NCBI GenBank assembly: GCA_965277715.1 | Contig: OZ255836.1 | Location: 704,001 to 768,000, forward strand | Length of the DNA stretch: 64,000 nt | From: Gammaproteobacteria bacterium | Lineage (GTDB): Bacteria > Pseudomonadota > Gammaproteobacteria > JBCCGL01 | Direction of reading: 5' to 3' | In this document: piece after piece, positions 18,460 to 29,227 of the stretch | How the letters are laid out: every line of letters begins with the position of its first letter | How positions within the stretch are numbered: position 1 is the stretch's first letter | The notes under the pieces: model-generated | The model's input: only the letters and a program-made list of their open reading frames with translations | Told to the model about the DNA's origin: nothing | The model's database searches: none | Translations under genes and position numbers: made by a program

Positions 18460-19245
18460 ATGAACCAACTGTTGAGTGATGTAATTAATCTGCAACAATA
18501 CCCTCTGCGCAGTGTTGGTTTTCGCGCCCAGTGTAAACGTGTACTAGACGAAAAAGGTGCGCTGGTTATGCACAATTTTCTACCGCCGTCGGTTATTGCT
18601 TCTGTTCAAAAAGAAGGCGAACAGAACCAGCATCTCGCCTATTACACGGTGAAGAACCACAACATCTACCTTAAATCCTCTGACCCGGTATATCCGGCCA
18701 ATCATCCCCGCAACCGAGAGGTCGCCTCGTCAAAAGGGTGTATCACTACCGACCAGATTCCCAGCGATTCTGCATTGCACACGCTTTATAACGCCGCCGA
18801 ATTTCGTTCGTTTTTGTGTGAGGTACTTAACGAGGCCGAGTTGTTTGAATACGGTGATAACTTATCTTCAATTAATCTGCACTATGCCAGCGAGGGGCAG
18901 GAGTTGGGCTGGCACTTCGACAATTCATCTTTTGCTATTACCCTAATGATCCAGAACCCCGAAGGTGGTGGGGAGTTTGAATACGTGAAGGATGTGCGCG
19001 ATGCTGATAATGGCGAGATGAACTACACATTTTCAGGGAAAATCCTCGATGGAGAAGTGTCAACAAAAACGTTGTCGATGAGTGCTGGCACGCTTGTATT
19101 ATTTCGCGGTCGTAATTCGATGCACCGTGTCACCCCGGTAAAAGGCACTCAAACCCGCATGTTGGTGGTATTGGCCTACAACACCGAACCGGGTATATCG
19201 CTGTCTGAGTCGGCGCGCATGACATTCTATGGGCGGCTTGGGTAG
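18460..19245 (+). CDS. 2OG-Fe(II) oxygenase, BesD/HalD-like family with HxD
   Basis: LGWHFD, GGEFEY, FRGRNSMHRVTPV..R. Confidence 0.8.
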   Translation: MNQLLSDVINLQQYPLRSVGFRAQCKRVLDEKGALVMHNFLPPSVIASVQKEGEQNQHLAYYTVKNHNIYLKSSDPVYPANHPRNREVASSKGCITTDQIPSDSALHTLYNAAEFRSFLCEVLNEAELFEYGDNLSSINLHYASEGQELGWHFDNSSFAITLMIQNPEGGGEFEYVKDVRDADNGEMNYTFSGKILDGEVSTKTLSMSAGTLVLFRGRNSMHRVTPVKGTQTRMLVVLAYNTEPGISLSESARMTFYGRLG

Positions 19246-19627
19246 GGCATGGAAATACTTAAATAGTTGTTTTAAAACAGTACTGAATAGAGCGATCTAA
19301 TCAGGTTTTTTTAGTACTAATAAGTGTTTGACTTTAGAATAATTTCCCTGTGTCAGGCTATAGCTCTTCTATGGTCAGATGGAGTGTAGGTATTAAAATA
19401 GCGGTAAACTGGACTGGTAGTAAGTATTTACTTTGCTTGCGACCAGTTGAATTTTGTAAAAACGCATATTTTGACTGGTGTTAACATCTTCAGCAGTATT
19501 GTAAGAAACACTGCGTTAACCTCATTGTGACGGCTAACTTTGGTGTATTGACTCTGGTCAATTGGACATTTTACACAATAAAGTTCACTATTATCTGTAC
19601 TCTGCACCAAACTATTAAAGATACGGT

Positions 19628-20524
19628 ATGACCCATAAACTGGTTCGCTTTGACTGGGCAATAAAAAAGCTTCTTCGTGATAAAGCTAATTTCGATATTC
19701 TGGAAGGCTTTCTGACGGTAGTGTTGTCGGAACCGGTAGTGATTGAGCAGATTCTGGAAAGCGAATCCAATCAGGAAGCCGGAGGTGATAAGTTTAATAA
19801 AGTCGATTTGTTGGTTAGAAATAGCCGGGACGAGTTGATTATCATTGAAGTTCAGAACAACAAGGAATACGACTACTTCCAGAGAATGCTCTACGGCACG
19901 GCCAAGGTCATTACCGAGTATGTCGAATTGGGGCAGGCCTATGCCCAGGTTAAAAAAGTGTACTCTATTACTGTGGCATACTTTGATTTAGGACAGGGGG
20001 ATGATTATGTATACCATGGTAAAACCGAATTTCGGGGTATTCATAATAAGGAACAGCTACAACTTGCGGCCAAACAAGTAGAACTGTTCAATAAAAACCA
20101 AGTACATGAAATTTACCCCGAATACTGGATTATTAAGGCGGATAAGTTCAATGACCAGGTAGGTGATAATCTGGATGAATGGGTCTATTTTCTAAAACAC
20201 AGTAAAATACCAGAAGAGTTTGATGCGCCTGGATTGTCGGCGGCTAGGGAGAAACTCCACGAGCTGCGTTTATCTGACGCAGAGCGACAACAATATCTGG
20301 CATTTCAAAAGCGCCTTCATGATCTGGCTAGTGAGCGTTTTACCCAGGAAGTTGATTTTGCTGATTTGCTCAAAAAACGTGAACAACAGGGAATAAAGCA
20401 AGGTATTGAACAAGTTGCGATTAGTGGTATAAAAACAGGTTTGGATAATCCAACCATCATGCAACTGACCGGTCTCACAGAAAAACGGGTTAACGCTTTG
20501 AGAACCGGGTTGGAAAAATCGTAA
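19628..20524 (+). CDS. Rpn family PD-(D/E)XK nuclease / putative transposase
   Basis: FDWAIKKLL, DKFNKVDLLV..IIIEVQN, QGIKQGIEQ C-terminal repeats. Confidence 0.88.
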   Translation: MTHKLVRFDWAIKKLLRDKANFDILEGFLTVVLSEPVVIEQILESESNQEAGGDKFNKVDLLVRNSRDELIIIEVQNNKEYDYFQRMLYGTAKVITEYVELGQAYAQVKKVYSITVAYFDLGQGDDYVYHGKTEFRGIHNKEQLQLAAKQVELFNKNQVHEIYPEYWIIKADKFNDQVGDNLDEWVYFLKHSKIPEEFDAPGLSAAREKLHELRLSDAERQQYLAFQKRLHDLASERFTQEVDFADLLKKREQQGIKQGIEQVAISGIKTGLDNPTIMQLTGLTEKRVNALRTGLEKS

Positions 20525-20591
20525 ATAGTAATATACGGTTAAGGTGTTAGAAATTTTCAATAAAAAATCCATTGTCACTGGCTAAAATCTA

Positions 20592-20848
20592 GGGGTGTTC
20601 TCAATTACCTAGGCAAGGATCGATTGTGAGGTCTTTTTTGTGCTGGCAAGGCGTAATAAGGAGTAATAGTGGTTCTATTGCGACGAATTCTAATGCAGTT
20701 AGCGCGGCAAATAAGTGCGGTTTGGCTGGTGTTAGCACCCGATGCTTCACTGATTAATTCAGACTGAATATTCGCAGGTATTGTAGGACAGACTATATCT
20801 CTATTCTGTCCCTGTAGCCTCTTCGTTATAGCGCTTTTGGCACACCCT
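20592..20848. mobile_element. MITE-like repeat, copy A
   Basis: First ~93 nt match the reverse complement of 31669-31759; imperfect TIRs GGGGTGTTCTCAA / TTGGCACACCCT. Confidence 0.7.
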
Positions 20849-20849
20849 G

Positions 20850-22355
20850 TTACTGTGTTTTTCTGGGGTAGAAAAATTCCAATGGCTCCGGTATTCCACA
20901 ACTGTTGATTATGCGTGCATGTTCACGCCGAAGCGACCGGGGTTCTCTGGCACCACACGAATGGGCGATAATCTCCACTTCCTTGGTCATATTCAGCGCA
21001 TAGGCTTTAACCCGCTCTGCTTTATTGGTGGGATCCAAGCCTTTCTGCAATTTCTTGTTATGCGTGGTGATCCCGGTAGGGCAGGTGTTTTTGTTGCATT
21101 GCAGGGCTTGGATACAACCCAGTGAAAACATGAAACCACGGGCGGTGTTGACAAAATCGACACCAACGCAAAGCGCCCATGCCACTGCAGAGGGGTTAAT
21201 CAACTTGCCTGATGCAATGAGTTTTATCCGGCCCTTGAGATCGTGATCCACTAGCGTATCCACGACCAGCGGTAGACTGATTTTGAGCGGCATGCCCATA
21301 AAATCCATCAGGCTCTGCGGCGCAGCTCCCGTGCCACCATCGGCGCTATCGACAGTGATAAAATCTGGAGCGGATTGTTTACCGCGCTCGTTAATCTTGA
21401 CACATAACGCTTCCAGCCAGCCGATATCGCCAATAACGGTTTTGAAACCAACCGGTTTGCCAGTTATTTCACGAATATGATGAATTTTGTCCAGTAAGTT
21501 ATCCAGGCTGCGAATATCGGTATGACCATTGGGGCTGATAGAATCTTCGCCTATCGGGATACCGCGAATAGCGGAGATTTCTGGCGTTACCTTACCGCCG
21601 GGAAGAATGCCACCTTTACCGGGTTTAGCCCCCTGGCTGAGTTTGATTTCAAACATCCGAATCTGCTCATGTGCAGCGATGATTTTTAAGCGCTCGTCCG
21701 ACAAATTGCCCGCCTCATCCCGCACACCGTATTTAGCGGTGCCGATCTGAAAAATAACATCACACCCCCCAGCCAGGTGATGATCGGATAGGCCACCTTC
21801 TCCCGTGTTCATCCAGATCCCCGCTGCTTTCGCACCGTTTGACAAAGCCAGCACCGCAGGTGTTGAAAGTGCGCCGTAGCTCATCGCGGATATGTTGATA
21901 ATAGCGTTAGTGGTAAAAGGCGTGCGCGCCACGCCCTCGCCAACCGTCACACTGGCCGGCGGGATGATCTCCTTTTTCAGTACCGGAAAAATATCGTTCA
22001 CGAAAATAACGTCACCGGGGCGGTCTAAGGGGTGGGTGGAACCGAAGGCCACTGTGGTATCAGTATTTTTTGCAGCGCGGTATGCCCAGGACCTTTCGGC
22101 GCGGTTAAACGGTAGCTCCTCACGATCCATAGCAAAAAAATACTGGCGAAAAAATTCACCCATATGTTCAAAAAAGTAGCGAAATCGACCGATAACAGGG
22201 TAATTTCTGCGTATCGTTTGGTCTTTCTGGGTTACATCGACAATATAGAGATACAGTATAAACAGCAGCGCCAAGCCGAAGCAAAATACCAGTAAGAGTG
22301 AGGAAAACTCTATTATGTCCATCGACCAACGTTGAAATACATCTAAGTGCTGCAT
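20850..22355 (-). CDS. FMN-binding glutamate synthase family protein (membrane-anchored)
   Basis: SAMSYGALS, NTGEGG, EIKLSQGAKPGKGG, CIQALQCNKNTCPTGITT. Confidence 0.93.
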   Translation of the reverse strand: MQHLDVFQRWSMDIIEFSSLLLVFCFGLALLFILYLYIVDVTQKDQTIRRNYPVIGRFRYFFEHMGEFFRQYFFAMDREELPFNRAERSWAYRAAKNTDTTVAFGSTHPLDRPGDVIFVNDIFPVLKKEIIPPASVTVGEGVARTPFTTNAIINISAMSYGALSTPAVLALSNGAKAAGIWMNTGEGGLSDHHLAGGCDVIFQIGTAKYGVRDEAGNLSDERLKIIAAHEQIRMFEIKLSQGAKPGKGGILPGGKVTPEISAIRGIPIGEDSISPNGHTDIRSLDNLLDKIHHIREITGKPVGFKTVIGDIGWLEALCVKINERGKQSAPDFITVDSADGGTGAAPQSLMDFMGMPLKISLPLVVDTLVDHDLKGRIKLIASGKLINPSAVAWALCVGVDFVNTARGFMFSLGCIQALQCNKNTCPTGITTHNKKLQKGLDPTNKAERVKAYALNMTKEVEIIAHSCGAREPRSLRREHARIINSCGIPEPLEFFYPRKTQ

Positions 22356-22545
22356 ATCAAACCTCTTTATCTTTTGTTATCAGCATTCTACCGCTTCTCT
22401 AAGCAGAAGTATTAACGTATTTATATAGTTTAGCGGGAATAACCCGTAACGGTAGAGGGCGTGATTAAAACTTGAAAGTAGTTTAACTGTTTGAAAAATA
22501 TGGATTTTTTTATGAATTATTTGGTTGAAGTGGCCTCTGTCAGGG

Positions 22546-24366
22546 CTACCCCCAATTACCTAAAGTATGTCGGCGGTCATCTGTGCTTAACGGTATAACC
22601 GCTTGATGAGGCACTGCCTGTGTACTGCGTACCAGTTGCGGCGCCAGCGCGAGAAACCCAGCTTTCGTCTGTTCGTCTTTAATCGCTTGGTTAAACATCG
22701 CCGGGCTTACCCAGCTTATTTTGCCCGATTCCATGCAGGCGTAAATCACCGCTGTATCGCGGTCGACGAAGTTCAGTTTTGGAATTTTTTGCGCACAGCG
22801 TTTCAGAAAACAGGTGTTGTGCTTCGCCAACATGGCCTCTTTATTCAGATACACTTGCTCTGGGCTGGCGGCATCGATATTGATTTTTGTGTAGCGGTCG
22901 ATGTCGATCATGCATTTGAAGTCGAGAATGTTCATTTCGTCGTTGAAGCCAAAAGCGATAGTGCGTGGTTGATCGCCTTTGCCTACGCTGTTGTCGAGAA
23001 ATTCGTAGTGCACAGATTTGTCCTTGCGTTGCGCCCAGGTAAAAAATAGCCGTGGTATGCCCGTAAAAGCTTCAATGTTGTGGTCTAGTAGATCATCTAC
23101 GGCTTTGTAACGCCCCACCTGATTGCCGCGTTTCCAGGCGCGCTCTACGGTGGCTTCAGGCGGCGTTATCATAAACACCAGATAAACAGTGTGGCCAAAC
23201 CGGGTGAGTAGGTTGCTGCCTGTTTCGGTCTGTGGTTCAGAGGGGTGACGACCAGAGGCAAAGCTATCAAATCGAAAGCGGTCGATAAGTAAGTGAGACA
23301 TTCGCCTCTGTTTGGCTTTGTTACTCATATAGCGGTCAAGTTTTTTATCGACAATCGGCAACTCATCGCCGGTCAGGGTGCCTGCATATTTGCCTATATC
23401 GCCCAACGAGGCGTAGTCCAGCAAATACTTACGCCATATGTCCGGGCTTATCAGGGCGAAATCCTCCCATTTAATACCCAACTCTTTGGCAAGCATTTTT
23501 TGCCTGGGGCGCATGGTGCTTTTTCCCGATGCAGATGCACCTTTTATATTGATGACTACCGGCTGCGGTTGTACTGGCAGTAGGCGATAGTCGGCTTCTT
23601 TATTGACAGCCTCGTAAATGTAGGGAGCGATAGTACGGCCAATCGCGTCGCTGCCGTAGTCATTGCTGACCAGTGTTGTGGCCAGCTTTACCAATAGTGT
23701 CCTGTCGCCACACAAGCGCCCATGTTTTATACAAATTGCTTTGGCTATTTTGTTTAATGCGCGGTAGATCGCTTTGTTGAGCGGCCCATCCCCGGTTTTG
23801 GCTTTTTGCTGCCACCGGTCGAGGATGCGCTGTTCACGTAACTCAGGCGGCTCGGCTTTAGTCGCTTTTTTTGTTTTAAACAGCCCAAACAGATACCCGG
23901 TTGCTTGGTTGTTTTGAGGCTTGACTGGCTGTGCAAATAAGCTGGTGGATAATTCAGTATCAAGCAGAGACTGAATTTGTTGGTTCAGTTGTTTGTGCGA
24001 TTGCACAATGTCTGGCATATGTGGGTCTATATAGGCTGATAATATTCTACTGACTACAGCGCGAAAGTTGACTCCCAGGTCTTCGTATTTGCAACCATCT
24101 GATACAAACAGGTCGGCTGATACGCGAATTAATAGCTCGTGTACAACCAGCCGCTGTGGTTGAAACTGAACCAGTTCCTGGAGGGGAAGCCCGGTAAAAT
24201 CACTTAATTCCTTTGCGGTTTGAATTGATGTGCTGACATTTTCTTTGCGAAATATCGTCGATAGTGGCAAGTAATTTACGGGGAGTTGCGACTGGATACC
24301 TGGATTCCAGGGGCCATATTGTTCTTCTTGGCTGAGTTCTATGGTCATAACACATAATCGAGACAC
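22546..24366 (-). CDS. Hypothetical P-loop NTPase (zeta-toxin/kinase-like C-terminal domain)
   Basis: NIKGASASGKST Walker A, ISPDIWRK, VERAWKRG lid. Confidence 0.7.
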   Translation of the reverse strand: MSRLCVMTIELSQEEQYGPWNPGIQSQLPVNYLPLSTIFRKENVSTSIQTAKELSDFTGLPLQELVQFQPQRLVVHELLIRVSADLFVSDGCKYEDLGVNFRAVVSRILSAYIDPHMPDIVQSHKQLNQQIQSLLDTELSTSLFAQPVKPQNNQATGYLFGLFKTKKATKAEPPELREQRILDRWQQKAKTGDGPLNKAIYRALNKIAKAICIKHGRLCGDRTLLVKLATTLVSNDYGSDAIGRTIAPYIYEAVNKEADYRLLPVQPQPVVINIKGASASGKSTMRPRQKMLAKELGIKWEDFALISPDIWRKYLLDYASLGDIGKYAGTLTGDELPIVDKKLDRYMSNKAKQRRMSHLLIDRFRFDSFASGRHPSEPQTETGSNLLTRFGHTVYLVFMITPPEATVERAWKRGNQVGRYKAVDDLLDHNIEAFTGIPRLFFTWAQRKDKSVHYEFLDNSVGKGDQPRTIAFGFNDEMNILDFKCMIDIDRYTKINIDAASPEQVYLNKEAMLAKHNTCFLKRCAQKIPKLNFVDRDTAVIYACMESGKISWVSPAMFNQAIKDEQTKAGFLALAPQLVRSTQAVPHQAVIPLSTDDRRHTLGNWG

Positions 24367-24435
24367 AGTTGTTAAACGAAGCCGCTACGTATGGCCTGTC
24401 TTTATTTGTTATGTATAGCCCTTATATGTGGAGAT

Positions 24436-25356
24436 TTAACCACCGAGTGACTCACCGATGTTAAACCCACTGCTGATGGCATAATCTGAGGCGCTGATTT
24501 TGCCTGCACCGGTGGGCCGTACACGGCTTATCAACACGCCTTGTGTATCACCTGTAGCAATCAAAATACCCGCATCACTGATATTAACGATAGTGCCAGG
24601 CTTTCCCTGTACATCGTCAACACAACGGCTGTCGTAAATTTGCAGGGTTGTGCCCTGGTGTGTTGTCCAGGCGCCCGGTTGCGGGTTGGCAGCGCGAATT
24701 GTGTTGTAGATGGTCGTTGCCGGTTTGTGCCAGTCAACTTCTGCCTGTGCCTTGCCAAACCAGGATTCGTAGCTGCCTTCATCAAGGTTTTGTTTGATGC
24801 GGGGTGCGGTGCCCGCTTTAACCTGATCGAGGGATTCGATCATGGCGTCCACACCCATGGGGAACAGTTTTTTGAAATAGACATCGCCGAGTGTTTCATC
24901 CGGGCCAATCTCACAGGTTTTTTGCATCAATATCTCACCTTCATCAAGACCCTCGTTAGGCCAGAATATCGATAGGCCGGTGTGTGTTGACCCCATCGCT
25001 ATGGGCCAGTTGATCGATGAGGGGCCACGGTGTAGGGGAAGCAGGGAAGGGTGGTATTGAAAAGAACCCAGTTTGGGGGCGTCGAGCACCGATTGAGGAA
25101 TGAATAATAGTACATAGGCCATGATGCATATATCCGCATCAAAAGACTGCATCAACGCCAGGGATTCAGGTGCTTTCCAGGAAGCGGGCTGGTGCACTGG
25201 CAGGCCTTTTTCCAGTGCCAGTTCTTTTAGCGGGTCGAGCGGCCTGCCTTCTTTATCGGGTGCGGTGCATACCGCAACGATATTTTCATCGCGTTCCAGC
25301 AGGCGCTCTAATACGCCACGCCCAAAAGCCTGTTGCCCATGTATGACGATACGCAT
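24436..25356 (-). CDS. Formyltransferase, Fmt fold, ALDH1L1 hydrolase-domain-like
   Basis: GQQAFG, PDKEG..DPL, QYHPSLLPLHRGPSSINW, IFWPNEGLDEG, LFPMGV. Confidence 0.85.
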   Translation of the reverse strand: MRIVIHGQQAFGRGVLERLLERDENIVAVCTAPDKEGRPLDPLKELALEKGLPVHQPASWKAPESLALMQSFDADICIMAYVLLFIPQSVLDAPKLGSFQYHPSLLPLHRGPSSINWPIAMGSTHTGLSIFWPNEGLDEGEILMQKTCEIGPDETLGDVYFKKLFPMGVDAMIESLDQVKAGTAPRIKQNLDEGSYESWFGKAQAEVDWHKPATTIYNTIRAANPQPGAWTTHQGTTLQIYDSRCVDDVQGKPGTIVNISDAGILIATGDTQGVLISRVRPTGAGKISASDYAISSGFNIGESLGG

Positions 25357-25368
25357 AGTGATTCGCTC

Positions 25369-26619
25369 CTAAACGGCGCCAGAAGAGTGGATTTCAGCAA
25401 TTTCATCATCGCTGTATTCCAGTACCTGGCTGAGGATTTCATCGGTGTGTTCACCGAGCAGTGGGGAGCGCGTTACCTCCACATCGGAGTCCGATAGTTT
25501 AATTGGACAACCAACACTCAGGTAGCTGCCACGCTCGGGGTGGTCGACTTCGACGATAGTGCCGGTCTCACGCAGTGAAGGTTCCTCGGCGATTTCCTTC
25601 ATGGATAGAATTGGCCCCACCGGAATATCCAGCGGGTTGCAAATATCCATGACCTCGTATTTGGTTTTTGTCATGGTCCATGCTTCGATAGCTGCGAATA
25701 CTTCATTGAGACGCGATAGGCGGGCGGGTGGGGTCGCGTAATCCGGGGCTTCCCGCCATTCAGGCTTACCAATGACATCGCAGATTTTGCCCCAGACGGC
25801 GGCTTGGGTAATAAAGTAGGTATAGGCGTTTGCGTCTGTCTCCCAGCCCTTGCATTTGAGAATACGGCCCGGTTGGCCACCGCCTGAGTCATTGCCGGCA
25901 CGCGGAGTCGCATCATCAAAGGGAATACCTTCACCGTATTGTGAATATTCTTTTAATGGGCCGTGTTTCAGGCGTTGTTGGTCGCGCAGTTTAACCCGGC
26001 ACAGATTGAGCACACCATCCTGCATTGGGGCGAGTACACGCTGCCCACGCCCGGTTTTTTCGCGTTGTAATAGGGCTGCGGTGATCCCCAATGCGAGGTG
26101 TAGGCCAGTACCGGAGTCACCGATTTGCGCACCGGTTACCATGGGTACACCGCCCAGTGCACCTGTGGTCGAGGCGGCGCCTCCAGCACACTGTGCAACG
26201 TTTTCGTAGACTTTGCAGTCTTCGTAAGGGCCGGGGCCGAAGCCTTTGACTGAGGCCATGATCATGCGTGGGTTGAGTGCCTGAATACGCTCCCAGCTAA
26301 ACCCCATGCGATCCAGTGCGCCGGGGGCAAAATTTTCCACCAATACATCGCACTTCCTGACCAGCCGTTCGAGCACTTGTTTGCCGGTTTCATTTTTAGA
26401 GTTGAGTGTGAGCGAACGTTTATTGTGGTTGAGCATAGTGAAATAGAGACTGTCTGCACCTTCAACATCGACCAATTGCTTGCGAGTGGCATCGCCAACA
26501 CCAGGGCGCTCCACTTTAATCACATCGGCGCCCATCCAGGCCAATAACTGGGTACAGGTAGGGCCGGACTGGACATGGGTAAAGTCCAGAATTCTTAAAC
26601 CATCGAGTGCTTTAGACAT
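25369..26619 (-). CDS. frc: Formyl-CoA transferase
   Basis: [52 protein letters not shown] loop. Confidence 0.95.
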   Translation of the reverse strand: MSKALDGLRILDFTHVQSGPTCTQLLAWMGADVIKVERPGVGDATRKQLVDVEGADSLYFTMLNHNKRSLTLNSKNETGKQVLERLVRKCDVLVENFAPGALDRMGFSWERIQALNPRMIMASVKGFGPGPYEDCKVYENVAQCAGGAASTTGALGGVPMVTGAQIGDSGTGLHLALGITAALLQREKTGRGQRVLAPMQDGVLNLCRVKLRDQQRLKHGPLKEYSQYGEGIPFDDATPRAGNDSGGGQPGRILKCKGWETDANAYTYFITQAAVWGKICDVIGKPEWREAPDYATPPARLSRLNEVFAAIEAWTMTKTKYEVMDICNPLDIPVGPILSMKEIAEEPSLRETGTIVEVDHPERGSYLSVGCPIKLSDSDVEVTRSPLLGEHTDEILSQVLEYSDDEIAEIHSSGAV

Positions 26620-26670
26620 TGCTTACCTCTATAAAAATTACGCTGAATAAATACTAGGCGCTACCGGTAC

Positions 26671-28425
26671 TTATTTATACATTGTTTGCGCTTTGGTGCC
26701 GGGCGCGTATTCATTCGGGTCGACCCAGACATTGACCACAGCACATTTGCCGGTTTTGGCGATGGCTTCGCGGGCGCGCAGCAGGGCGGGTTGAATATCT
26801 TTTGCCTCGTGCACCTCTTCACCGTAACCGCCAATCATTTTTCCAAATTGCGAAAAGGGCACGTCACCCAGTTTGTTACCCACATCGCCACGTTCCTGGC
26901 CGTATTTCGCCAGTTGTCCATAGCGAATCTGATTCATCGCTGAGTTGTTACCGACAACAGCCAGATAGGGTGCGCCAAAACGCTGGGCGGTTTCCATATC
27001 AAATGCCGTCATACCAAACGCCCCATCCCCGTAGAGGCACACCACCTCTTTATTTGGGTGTGCCAGCTTGGCCGCCATTGAAAAACCTGTACCAACACCC
27101 AGCGAGCCGAGTGCGCCCGGATCCATCCACTGGCCGGGGTTACGTGGCCGCACGGCCTGGGCAGAGATGGTCACAATATCACCACCATCACCAATGTAAA
27201 TGGTGTCTTCACCCAGAAATTCATTTATTTCGTAGGCGAGCCGGTAAGGGTGGATTGGGCTCTGATCGGTGGTAAACATCGGCATTAGCTTTTCCCGTTT
27301 TGCCGCTTCGATTTTGCGCAGTTCGGCCATCCAGTTTTGACGGTCTTGCCGTGCGCCCTGATCAATGCGCCCAGAGGCCGCCTGTTCAACGGCGGCCAAA
27401 ATAGCGCCGGGATCACCGACTAACCCCAGGCTAATGTCCCGGTTTTTACCAACAGTGGCGTAGCTTTGATCAATCTGTACCAGTGTCGCTTGCGGGGAGA
27501 TTCGCTTGCCATACCCCATTCTGAAGTCGAAGGGGGTGCCGACGATAAGAATGACATCGGCATTTTTAAACGCATCACTGCGGGTACGGTCAAAATGATG
27601 CGCATCACCCTGCGGCAGCATGCCCCGGCTGGCGCCATTCATATAGGCGGGAATATCCAGGGCGCGCACACAGCTAATCGCCGCCTCGTGCCCTTGCGCT
27701 GCCCACACCTGCTGCCCCAACAGTACAGCCGGTCGTTTGGCTTTGACCAATATATCGGCCAGTTTTTCAATATCGGCGGGGTCGCCAATCGCATTAACCG
27801 ATGCCCGATACCTGCCGGGCTTAGGAATGACAGCCGACTCGGTTGGAATTTCACGGTCGAGAATATCGCGTGGAATTTCCAAGTAGGAGGGACCGTAGGC
27901 ACCATTGAAGCACTCGCGTGCCGCCATCGAAACCATATCGGCAACACGCTCGGTGGAGAAAACACCCGAAGCGAATTTGGTGATGGGGGTCATCATATCG
28001 ACGTGAGGTAAGTCTTGTAGTGAACCCATTTTGTGTTGACCGAGTGAACTTTGACCACCGATGTGGAGTATCGGACTCTCCGAGCGAAAGGCGGTCGCCA
28101 CGCCGGTAACGGCATTAGTGCAACCGGGACCCGCTGTGGTGACAACACAACCTAGTTTACCTGTTTGGCGAGCGTAGCCGTCTGCGGCGTGGGCAGCGGT
28201 TTGCTCGTGGCGCACATCGACAATACGGATGCCTTCATCGAGGCAGCCATCGTAGATGTCGATAATATGGCCGCCACACAGGGTGAAAACAGTATCCACA
28301 CCTTCGGCTTTAAGGGCCTTGGCTACCAGATGACCACCGGAGATAACCGAGCCGTCCTTGTTTTTTTGTTTCAGGGTGTCGCTGGCCGTATCTGACATTG
28401 ATTTGTTTTCATTGCCTGTAGTCAT
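26671..28425 (-). CDS. TPP-dependent enzyme (oxalyl-CoA decarboxylase / 2-hydroxyacyl-CoA lyase superfamily)
   Basis: VRHEQ, TTAGPG, GDGAFG..VGNN TPP motif; adjacent to frc. Confidence 0.85.
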   Translation of the reverse strand: MTTGNENKSMSDTASDTLKQKNKDGSVISGGHLVAKALKAEGVDTVFTLCGGHIIDIYDGCLDEGIRIVDVRHEQTAAHAADGYARQTGKLGCVVTTAGPGCTNAVTGVATAFRSESPILHIGGQSSLGQHKMGSLQDLPHVDMMTPITKFASGVFSTERVADMVSMAARECFNGAYGPSYLEIPRDILDREIPTESAVIPKPGRYRASVNAIGDPADIEKLADILVKAKRPAVLLGQQVWAAQGHEAAISCVRALDIPAYMNGASRGMLPQGDAHHFDRTRSDAFKNADVILIVGTPFDFRMGYGKRISPQATLVQIDQSYATVGKNRDISLGLVGDPGAILAAVEQAASGRIDQGARQDRQNWMAELRKIEAAKREKLMPMFTTDQSPIHPYRLAYEINEFLGEDTIYIGDGGDIVTISAQAVRPRNPGQWMDPGALGSLGVGTGFSMAAKLAHPNKEVVCLYGDGAFGMTAFDMETAQRFGAPYLAVVGNNSAMNQIRYGQLAKYGQERGDVGNKLGDVPFSQFGKMIGGYGEEVHEAKDIQPALLRAREAIAKTGKCAVVNVWVDPNEYAPGTKAQTMYK

Positions 28426-28540
28426 TGTTTATCTCCCGATAAATACGTGTTGTTGGCCGTGTCATTGAACAGCCAAAATAAATAAAAGACCTATGTGGCA
28501 ATACGGTGGCTGTTCACCGCAAACCAGGCCATCGGTGATG

Positions 28541-29227
28541 CTATTTAAGATAGTCCACGTATTTTTCAACGTGTTTCGCCAGCTCCAGTGCGTGGTCGCG
28601 CACCAGTTGCTCTGCGTGGTAGGCGTCCCGTTCTTCAATCGCCTCGATAATCCGAATGTGATCGATCACTGAACGCGATACCCTGTCGCGCTCTTTAATT
28701 GTGCTGGTGCGGATAGCGCGCATATGAAAAAACAATTGATCCGACATTTGTTTAATGAGGGGGGATTTCCCCAGTTTGATAATCGTTTGGTGAAAGTTGA
28801 TATTGGTATCGGAGTACTCATCGATATGGGCGCGTACCTCATCGGTATCGTCAAAGGTGGCAAATACCGTGCGTAGATGGGCTATTTCCGCATCGCTGGA
28901 GCGCACTGTTGCCAGCCTTGCCGCCATACTTTCCAGGGCGGCCCAGACGTCAATTATGTCCAGTACTTCGTCTTTGGTTTTGCGTACCACGAAGGCCCCA
29001 CGGCGGGGAATGGTTTTTACCAGGCCCTCTTGCTCAAGCCGGGATATAGCCTCGCGGACGGGGGTTCGGCTAACCCCAAGTTGATCTCCGAGCGCACGCT
29101 CATCCAGCCGGGGGGGTTCATGGTTGGAGTAAATATCCATATGGCTAATGACTTCCTTGAGTGCATCATAGACACGTGCCTTAAGCACTTTTGTTGGTTC
29201 CAGCGGTAAAATGGCTACTGTCATCAC
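28541..29227 (-). CDS. GntR (FCD) family regulator
   Basis: LGVSRTPVREAISRLEQEGLV, NINFH..DH..H. Confidence 0.95.
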   Translation of the reverse strand: MMTVAILPLEPTKVLKARVYDALKEVISHMDIYSNHEPPRLDERALGDQLGVSRTPVREAISRLEQEGLVKTIPRRGAFVVRKTKDEVLDIIDVWAALESMAARLATVRSSDAEIAHLRTVFATFDDTDEVRAHIDEYSDTNINFHQTIIKLGKSPLIKQMSDQLFFHMRAIRTSTIKERDRVSRSVIDHIRIIEAIEERDAYHAEQLVRDHALELAKHVEKYVDYLK

